From the NCBI GenBank assembly GCA_030647005.1, contig JAUSKG010000021.1:27105-91104 (forward strand): a stretch of 64,000 nt of DNA, given 5' to 3'. The notes beneath the pieces are model-generated. The model had not been told where the DNA came from, did no database searches, and saw only the letters and a program-made list of their open reading frames with translations. Shown here in pieces: positions 57,440 through 64,000 of the stretch (the first letter of the stretch is position 1; each line of letters opens with the position of its first letter). A program made the position numbers and the translations under genes. Origin of the DNA: a bacterium. GTDB taxonomy: Bacteria > Patescibacteriota > Patescibacteriia > JACPHY01.

Positions 57440-58966
57440 GTGGCAACCCGAGAGACCAACAAGAAGCCGGAGAAGAAGGAGCACGAGAAAGAAGTCGTGG
57501 CGGTGCCGGAGAGTAAGCTCCACCTCCTTCGTGGCTTCAAGGACATCTTCCCGACCGATCAGCCGTACTGGGATCGCGTCCGCGCACTCGCGGATGCGTT
57601 GGCGACATCGTACGGCTACGAACGCATGGATACGCCGATCCTCGAGGAGACGGCGCTCTTCACGCGTGCGGCATCCACGAGTGCCGCGGGAGACGAGCAG
57701 CCCTTCTTTTCGTTCACGGAGTACGGTGGTGAGCAGGTGACGCTCCGGCCAGAAGGTCGGACGGGTGTCGTGCGTGCGTACATCGAGCACGGCATGGTCA
57801 ATCATCCACAGCCGGTGAAGCTCTGGTACCTCGGGCCGATGTTTCGATCGGATCGCCCACAGGCGGGACGGCTGCGGCAGTTCCACCAGTTTGGCCTCGA
57901 AGCACTCGGCGAGCTCCACCCCGCAGCGGATGCAGAGCTCATCGCGATTGCCGCGAGCTTCTTCCGCGACCTCGGGATCGCCATCGTCGCGCAGGTGAAC
58001 TCCATCGGGTGTAGTCAGTGTCGTGAAAAATATCTCGAGGAGCTCACGAACTACCTCAAGGTGCACCGCACGCAGCTCTCAGAAGCCGCACGCGCCATCA
58101 TCGGGCAGTCGCCGTTCACCGTCCTCGAGAGTCGCGCTGCCGAGGACCGCGAGGTCATTGAATCGGCTCCCCAGATGGTGGACTGGCTCTGTGAGCCGTG
58201 CAAGCAGCATTTTATCCGTGTCCTCGAGTACCTCGATGAGTACGATGTGTCATACGCGCTCGCGCCGTTCCTGGTGCGCGGCGTGGACTCGTACACGCGG
58301 ACGATTTTTGAGCTTCTGCCCGCGGAGGCCTTCACGGAAGGTAGCCCCCTCCCGATGCAGAACGCGCTCGCCGCGGGTGGTCGGTACGATACGCTCGTGG
58401 AGCGGCTTGGTGGCCGTGCGACTCCGGCGACGGGCATCGCGTTCGGGCTCGAGCGCATCGTGGCGAAGTACAAGGAGGCCATCGCCGCAGGCACCGCAGC
58501 GCCACCCGCGCCGCGCACGCCCGATGTGTACCTCGCACAGCTCGGCGACCAGGCCAAGCGTAAGGCCATGCGCCTCTTCGATGTGCTTCGGAAAGAGGAG
58601 TTCACCGTTGCTGCACACTTCTCGAAGGATGCGCTCAAGGCGCAGCTCGAGCACGCGAACCGCCTCCAGGCGAAGCTCACGCTCATCCTCGGCCAGAAGG
58701 AGGTCATTGACGAGACGATCATCATCCGTGAGATGAGCTCCGGTATCCAGGAGATCGTGCCGTTCAGCCGCATCGCGGAGGAGGTGAAGAAGCGCCTCGA
58801 GCACGATGAGGTTCATGAGACCGTTGATGAGACCCTCAAGGTGGCGGAGGAACGATCGCTGACGGAAGAGGAGGAGCGCGCACGCGTGCGCACACCGGAG
58901 CCAAAAGAGGAAACAGCAGAAGACGAGGAGGAACCAGGAGCAGGCGGTGAGGGATTCTCGTCGTAG
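57440..58966 (+). CDS. hisS: Histidine--tRNA ligase (acidic C-terminal tail)
   Basis: RGFKDI, LRPEG, RPQAGRLRQFHQ, LVRG, GGRYD, FGLERI. Confidence 0.96.
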   Translation: MATRETNKKPEKKEHEKEVVAVPESKLHLLRGFKDIFPTDQPYWDRVRALADALATSYGYERMDTPILEETALFTRAASTSAAGDEQPFFSFTEYGGEQVTLRPEGRTGVVRAYIEHGMVNHPQPVKLWYLGPMFRSDRPQAGRLRQFHQFGLEALGELHPAADAELIAIAASFFRDLGIAIVAQVNSIGCSQCREKYLEELTNYLKVHRTQLSEAARAIIGQSPFTVLESRAAEDREVIESAPQMVDWLCEPCKQHFIRVLEYLDEYDVSYALAPFLVRGVDSYTRTIFELLPAEAFTEGSPLPMQNALAAGGRYDTLVERLGGRATPATGIAFGLERIVAKYKEAIAAGTAAPPAPRTPDVYLAQLGDQAKRKAMRLFDVLRKEEFTVAAHFSKDALKAQLEHANRLQAKLTLILGQKEVIDETIIIREMSSGIQEIVPFSRIAEEVKKRLEHDEVHETVDETLKVAEERSLTEEEERARVRTPEPKEETAEDEEEPGAGGEGFSS

Positions 58967-58981
58967 CTCGCGCGCATCACT

Positions 58982-59314
58982 ATGGCGTGTCTCTTCTGCA
59001 AGATCGCCGCGAAGGAGATTCCTGCAACGATCCGCTACGAGGATGACGACGTCGTCGCGTTTGATGATATCCACCCGAAAGCGCCCACGCACGTGCTCAT
59101 TGTTCCGAGGCGTCACCTGGCACGCGTGCAGGACTTCGATGATGGTGCGATTGCCGGAGCGTTGTTCATTGCAGCGCGCCGCATCGCCATCTCCGCAGAT
59201 ATTGCGGAGACCGGGTACCGACTTGTCGTGAACAATGGCAGTGATGGCGGTCAGGAGGTGGAGCACCTCCACCTCCACCTCATCGGCGGCAAGAAGCTCG
59301 GTGCGATGGCGTGA
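58982..59314 (+). CDS. HIT family (histidine triad) protein
   Basis: CLFCKI, DIHPKAPTH, GQEVEHLHLHLIGG. Confidence 0.96.
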   Translation: MACLFCKIAAKEIPATIRYEDDDVVAFDDIHPKAPTHVLIVPRRHLARVQDFDDGAIAGALFIAARRIAISADIAETGYRLVVNNGSDGGQEVEHLHLHLIGGKKLGAMA

Positions 59315-59399
59315 CGTGGCACTTGACACGAGTGCCGCGTTGTGGTATCTTGTGACTATCGGTTTTTCTCATGCACAGTCGTTGCAAAGGAGGATAGTA

Positions 59400-59597
59400 A
59401 TGAAGGATATCTCGGAGCGTGAAATGTTGGCGTTCATGAGAGGCATGGAAAACATCCATCGGTCCATGGACCGCCTGGAGGAAGCAGGTCTTTGGCCTCA
59501 AGCGGCGTCGGAGCAGATCGAGAGGCGCGTCGCGTCCAAAGCACCTCCTGCGATTCCGGAAGACCCCATCCATGACGGAGGGAATCACGTCTTCTGA
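59400..59597 (+). CDS. Small hypothetical protein
   Basis: Own promoter (TTGACA 59323, 17 nt, TATCTT), AAAGGAGG RBS and downstream hairpin GACACCCGCCTCC/GGAGGCGGGTGTC. Confidence 0.55.
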   Translation: MKDISEREMLAFMRGMENIHRSMDRLEEAGLWPQAASEQIERRVASKAPPAIPEDPIHDGGNHVF

Positions 59598-59758
59598 CGG
59601 TCGCCTGTCATGACACCCGCCTCCTCGGAGGCGGGTGTCCTATCGTTTGTACGCCGTCCGCTGCCATCGGTTTGACAGGAAAAAATGGCTACGGTACGGT
59701 GAGAGCGATAGGGGACCGCGGTCGGCAGGGCCGATCGTTCTTCATTCTCTCGATACCT

Positions 59759-60022
59759 ATGGCAGTTGATGCCCATCGTCGGCGCGGGGAATCGTTCGAT
59801 GCGTTCCTGCGTCGGTTCAGTCGGAAAGTGCAGATGAGCGGGCGCCTCATTCAGGCCCGCAAGATTCGGTTCTACGAGTCGCCGCCATCCAAGGGCGCAA
59901 AGCGCGTGGTGGCATTGCGTCGGGAGCAGAAGAAGGGGTACTTCGCGTACCTCGAGAAGATTGGTAAGCTCGATGAGGAGATTGAGAAGATGCGTGGTCG
60001 TCGTCGTGGGCGGAGGCGGTAA
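59759..60022 (+). CDS. rpsU: 30S ribosomal protein S21
   Basis: GESFDAFLRRFSRKV...RFYESP; HIT-rpsU-yqeY synteny. Confidence 0.85.
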   Translation: MAVDAHRRRGESFDAFLRRFSRKVQMSGRLIQARKIRFYESPPSKGAKRVVALRREQKKGYFAYLEKIGKLDEEIEKMRGRRRGRRR

Positions 60023-60029
60023 GAGGCCT

Positions 60030-60476
60030 ATGGCAATGCTCGAGCGGATTCAGGGCGATCTCGTGCGTGCGATGAAGGCGAAGGAGGCGCAGCGCGTCTC
60101 CGTGCTCCGCATGCTCAAGGCCGCGCTCGATGACGCTGCACGCGAGGCGATGACCGCGGGCAAGGAGTTCTCGGACGATGCGGCGGTCGCGCGCATGCAG
60201 ACGGAAGCGAAGCGGCTCCGCGATGCCATGGCGGAGTTCCGCGCTGGCGGGCGCGATGATCTCGCCGATACGGCGGTCGCGGAGATTGCGATCATCGGGC
60301 AGTACCTCCCTGTACAGATGGCAGAGGATGCGATCCGTGCAGTGGTGATGGCCAAGCGCACGGAGATGGGCGAGACGGATCTCGGGCCGCTCATGAGTGT
60401 GGTGATGGCCGAGCTCAAGGGGAAGGCCGACGGCGGAACCGTTCGCAGGATTGTTTCCGAGGTGCTCGCGTCGTAG
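60030..60476 (+). CDS. GatB/YqeY domain protein
   Basis: AMKAKE..RVSVLRML...GGRDDL..EIAII..YLP...KGKADG. Confidence 0.93.
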   Translation: MAMLERIQGDLVRAMKAKEAQRVSVLRMLKAALDDAAREAMTAGKEFSDDAAVARMQTEAKRLRDAMAEFRAGGRDDLADTAVAEIAIIGQYLPVQMAEDAIRAVVMAKRTEMGETDLGPLMSVVMAELKGKADGGTVRRIVSEVLAS

Positions 60477-60555
60477 CGCGCGCGTCGGTCGTGGTGTGCG
60501 TCCCGCAAGCGGGGCGTTTTTTTGTTTTGGGATTTTCGCATCTTTTCACTCTTTC

Positions 60556-60676
60556 TGTCATTGCGAGGAGTCCGCGACGCGGCAATCCCGGCCATACCTG
60601 CACGAGGTGAAGGCCTGGTGCACTGCATGACCGGGATTGCTTCGCCCCAACCAAAGCGTCGGGGCTCGCAATGACA
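60556..60676. repeat. CGTC-type palindromic repeat pair (GTCATTGCGAG subfamily)
   Basis: TGTCATTGCGAGGAG...GCAATCCCGG / CCGGGATTGC...CTCGCAATGACA. Confidence 0.85.
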
Positions 60677-60757
60677 GGATAGTGTCGTATGGCTGTCGCC
60701 TCACGCAATCGAGGCGTTTTTTGTTGTGAGTGGTACAATGAATAAAACGCTATCCAC

Positions 60758-62773
60758 ATGGTGCATCTGCACGCGGACCGTTCCAAGCCACAAGCGCGAT
60801 GGAGTCGTTGGACGATGGTGAGCATCGCCCTCGTCGTTGTTGTCGGCGTGTGGGTGGCAATCGCACCGGTGCACGCAGTGGAGACCGGACTCGATGCGTT
60901 CGGGCAGGAGACGGTGCTCGGCGGGGAGGACATCCGCATCATCGTCGCGCGCATCATCCGCGGGTTCATCGGGTTGCTCGGTATCGTCGCGGTGGGCACG
61001 ATCCTCTTCGGCGGGTTCATGTGGATGACCTCGCAGGGAGATGAAACGAAGATCACGCAGGCGAAGCGCATCCTCATCAACGGTGCAATCGGTCTCGTCA
61101 TTATCCTCTCCGCGTTCGCGATCGCGCAGTTCGTGCTCTCGCGGCTCGTTGCGGCCGTCGGCGATTCCGGTGGTGGGTCCGGCATCGTTGGACCGTCGCC
61201 GCTTGAAGATGTCTCGCTCACCGGCGCGCTCGGCTCCGGTCCGGTTGCGGATCACTATCCTTCGCGCGATGCGACGGGCATCCCCCCGAACGTGCGCATC
61301 TTTGTGACATTCCGCGACACGCTCGAGGTGACGTCCTTCGTTGCGGATACGAACGGGAACGGCACGTTCGCAGCCGATGGTGACCGATCGCTCGACCTCG
61401 CGCTCGCGGAGGCGATCACCGTCACCCGCGTCGGAACAGATACCTCGACATCCGTTGGCGTGACGATCACCGAGGATCTCCGCACGTTCATTCTCACACC
61501 GGTGGAGCTCAATGACAACGGGACGGTGCGCGCGACCGCATCTGGCAATGCGGTGCGGCAGTGGCTCCAGGGCGACGCGCGCAACCCGCAGGCCTACATC
61601 GTGCGACTCACCAACGCGTTCCGATCGAGCGATGGTAAAGAACTCTTTACCGGTGCGTTCGCAGACGGGTACTCATGGTCCTTCACCGTTTCGGCGGATG
61701 CCGATCTCACGCCGCCAACGATTACGAGCGTCGTTCCGTTTCCGGATAGCGCGCAGGATGGCGCGCAGGTGACGGATCGTCCCGATGTCGCACGGAACGT
61801 CATCGTGCAGGTGAACTTCAGCGAGGCCATGGACCCCACAGTGACGAGCGGTACCTATCGGCAGAGCGAAACGACGCAGCGTTTTACGCATCTCGGCGTG
61901 GAGTATGTCACCGTGCAGAATACCACCGTGCGACTCGACGGAACCTTCACCATCGGCAATGGGTATCGTACCGCTGAGTTTACGACGTTTGTTTCTTGTG
62001 GTGTGAATTCGTGCGGCGGGACCGTGTACTGCCTGCCGGCCTCCGCTGCGTTGACCGCTTGGGCGGAAGCCGCTGTACTTGAAAACCCCGATGATCCTAC
62101 CGCCGTGCCATTCTCCGGCGTGATGGATGCGGCTGGGAATTCGCTCTCCGGTGATGGTGATGGTGTCGCAGAGGGTCCGGGCACACCGCGCTTCGATCGC
62201 CATCCCGACGCAACCAATACCAATGCATTCGACAGTGCGCAGTGGACGTTCTTCACGAACAATGCTATTGATCTCACGCCACCGGCGATCGTGAGCGTTG
62301 AGCACACCAGTCGTGATGACACAGCACTGACCTACGAGACGAACGACACGCTCGCGGATGTTCAGAATGTCTCGCCAACCGCGCCCATCGCCTTCCAGTT
62401 CTCCAAGCTCATGCGGAGCAATGCGACGACGGCATTCTTCTTGGAAGAAGCACTCTCCGGGTGCGATGCGGAAGGCAGCGGCGACGGGTGTTTCTGGCAA
62501 TATGGCCGTCTCGAGCACGTTCCGGCGGGAGCCCCGATCCAGAGTCGCGTGACCATCCACCACGCGCGACTGCTCGAGGTGCCGGAGGTTGAACCACCAC
62601 TACCACAACTACCACCGGCGGAGTACCTCGTGCGCGTGCGGTCGGATGCGCAGGACATCTACCAGAACTGCTTCTTCAATGTCGGTGCACCGCAGAAGGG
62701 ACCACAGGGCCCGAAAGGCGGAGAGGCGTGCTTCACGGTCGGCAATATCGAGACCTGCAACGTCATTCCCTAG
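60758..62773 (+). CDS. Surface protein: pilin-like (TrbC/VirB2-type) N-terminus plus Ig-like domains
   Basis: IVARII..GLLG..GGFMWMTSQGDE..AKRIL.NGAIGL; DLTPPTITSV, NFSEAMDP. Confidence 0.85.
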   Translation: MVHLHADRSKPQARWSRWTMVSIALVVVVGVWVAIAPVHAVETGLDAFGQETVLGGEDIRIIVARIIRGFIGLLGIVAVGTILFGGFMWMTSQGDETKITQAKRILINGAIGLVIILSAFAIAQFVLSRLVAAVGDSGGGSGIVGPSPLEDVSLTGALGSGPVADHYPSRDATGIPPNVRIFVTFRDTLEVTSFVADTNGNGTFAADGDRSLDLALAEAITVTRVGTDTSTSVGVTITEDLRTFILTPVELNDNGTVRATASGNAVRQWLQGDARNPQAYIVRLTNAFRSSDGKELFTGAFADGYSWSFTVSADADLTPPTITSVVPFPDSAQDGAQVTDRPDVARNVIVQVNFSEAMDPTVTSGTYRQSETTQRFTHLGVEYVTVQNTTVRLDGTFTIGNGYRTAEFTTFVSCGVNSCGGTVYCLPASAALTAWAEAAVLENPDDPTAVPFSGVMDAAGNSLSGDGDGVAEGPGTPRFDRHPDATNTNAFDSAQWTFFTNNAIDLTPPAIVSVEHTSRDDTALTYETNDTLADVQNVSPTAPIAFQFSKLMRSNATTAFFLEEALSGCDAEGSGDGCFWQYGRLEHVPAGAPIQSRVTIHHARLLEVPEVEPPLPQLPPAEYLVRVRSDAQDIYQNCFFNVGAPQKGPQGPKGGEACFTVGNIETCNVIP

Positions 62774-62782
62774 CGTCACACC

Positions 62783-64000
62783 ATGTTTCCGTACACCGCA
62801 CCATCGCACCGATCTCGACGAACGCTCAAACGCGCGTTCGTGTGGTTCGTGGTGCCCGCAGCACTGCTCGCGGCGACCGCGCTGCCGGCACTCGCGGCGC
62901 AGGTGGATACCGGCCTTGATGTCGTTGGCGAGACCATCGGACTCTCGGCAACAGACCCACGCATCATCGTCGCGCGCGTCATCCGGACGTTCCTCGGTCT
63001 CCTCGGCATGCTCGGCGTGGGAATCGTGCTGTATGGCGGCGTCCTCTGGATGACCGCGAACGGCGACGAGACAAAAATCACCAAGGCAAAGCAGGTACTC
63101 ATCAACGGCGGCATCGGTCTCGTGCTCGTGCTTACATCGTTCTCCATCGCGCAGTTCGTCCTCACAAAACTCGTTGAGGCAACGGGAGAGGGTGGTGGCG
63201 GGACAACATCGGTTGCGGAAGTATGCGGGAATGACATTGACGATGATGGGGATGGTCTCATTGATGAGGGGTGCGCGGTCATCCCGCCACCATCCGGCTG
63301 CGCAGATCCGGGAGGAACGGATCCGCACATCTGTAGCATTGCACCAACGGAAGGTCCGAGCGGGACGTACGTCACGCTCCGGGGGTATCGGTTTGGTGCG
63401 TACAATGCCGATACTTCCATGGTGCGTTTTGACGACACACCGGCGGCGATCGTCGCGTGCGCAGGCGCGCCGAACTGGAGCGAAACGCTCGTCGTCGTCG
63501 AGGTGCCAGAGCTCGATCCCGCATCCTACACGGTGACACTCGAGCGCGGGGACGGCGCGAGTACGGTGTTCGGCGGTGCCGGACTCGCGAGCGGCTACAC
63601 TGTGACGGCAGGCGCACTCACCGCGCCGCAGATCGCCTGCGTGGTCCCGAACGAGGGTCCGGAAGGGCAGGAGGTGCGCATTGAGGGAAAGCGATTCAGG
63701 AATCCCACTCCCGTACTCGTGAACGGCGGCACGCCACCAGCCGTGCAGTGCGAGCCAGACGGGAGCAACAACTGCGGCATCGTGCGCTTCACCGGCGACC
63801 CGGATCGCGTGCCGGCGCAGACGACCGCGTGGAGCGATACCGAGATCACCGCGTCGGTTCCCGTCGGCGCGCTCGTGGGCGACGCGGATGTGACGGTTGA
63901 CACAAGCGCGTCCAACCCCTATCCGTTCCGTGTGACGTGCACGGCCGATGCACAGTGCGGCGTTTCCAATTGCTGCATCGCGAAAGCGTGCTACGAGGCC
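62783..64000 (+). CDS. Large surface protein: pilin-like N-terminus plus IPT/TIG repeats, truncated by window end
   Basis: Translated by hand: MFPYTAP...DPRIIVARVIR...GGVLWMTANGDE; ICSIAPTEGPSGTYVTLRG; WSDTEITASVP. Confidence 0.85.
   Translation, partial: MFPYTAPSHRSRRTLKRAFVWFVVPAALLAATALPALAAQVDTGLDVVGETIGLSATDPRIIVARVIRTFLGLLGMLGVGIVLYGGVLWMTANGDETKITKAKQVLINGGIGLVLVLTSFSIAQFVLTKLVEATGEGGGGTTSVAEVCGNDIDDDGDGLIDEGCAVIPPPSGCADPGGTDPHICSIAPTEGPSGTYVTLRGYRFGAYNADTSMVRFDDTPAAIVACAGAPNWSETLVVVEVPELDPASYTVTLERGDGASTVFGGAGLASGYTVTAGALTAPQIACVVPNEGPEGQEVRIEGKRFRNPTPVLVNGGTPPAVQCEPDGSNNCGIVRFTGDPDRVPAQTTAWSDTEITASVPVGALVGDADVTVDTSASNPYPFRVTCTADAQCGVSNCCIAKACYEA

Overview
GC-rich bacterial chromosome segment, translated with code 11 (TGA terminates rpsL, rpsG and fusA). 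Several features point to a Patescibacteria/CPR organism, probably Parcubacteria/ABY1-like (inference): no rpmD (L30) between rpsE and rplO, an archaeal-type non-discriminating AspRS, a short RelA/SpoT, and giant pilin+Ig surface proteins. Core content is the str-S10-spc cluster (rpsL to secY/adk/map), rpmB, rpsU, ruvX, recO, aspS, hisS, scpAB, parAB, relA, topA, dprA, pth, der, lepB, a P-type ATPase, two YbaK proteins and four tRNAs. The most notable accessory signals are: (1) an array of short, partly very AT-rich genes at about 28.2-30.8 kb, bracketed by copies of a GGAC(C/T)TGAC(A/C)C palindromic repeat, which suggests a REP-like gene-capture system; (2) a small GIY-YIG nuclease between two perfect 61-bp direct repeats of a CGTC-type palindrome family that is dispersed across the window; (3) a probable remote DGR target gene at 1.0-1.9 kb; (4) a displaced 41-bp copy of the rpsG 3' end; (5) heptamer-periodic hairpins in ribosomal-operon spacers; (6) a near-universal U at -1 of core start codons without Shine-Dalgarno sequences; (7) a divergent RelA-like synthetase next to relA, and an orphan FliN-like protein. 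All protein calls come from motif recognition by eye; no searches were run.
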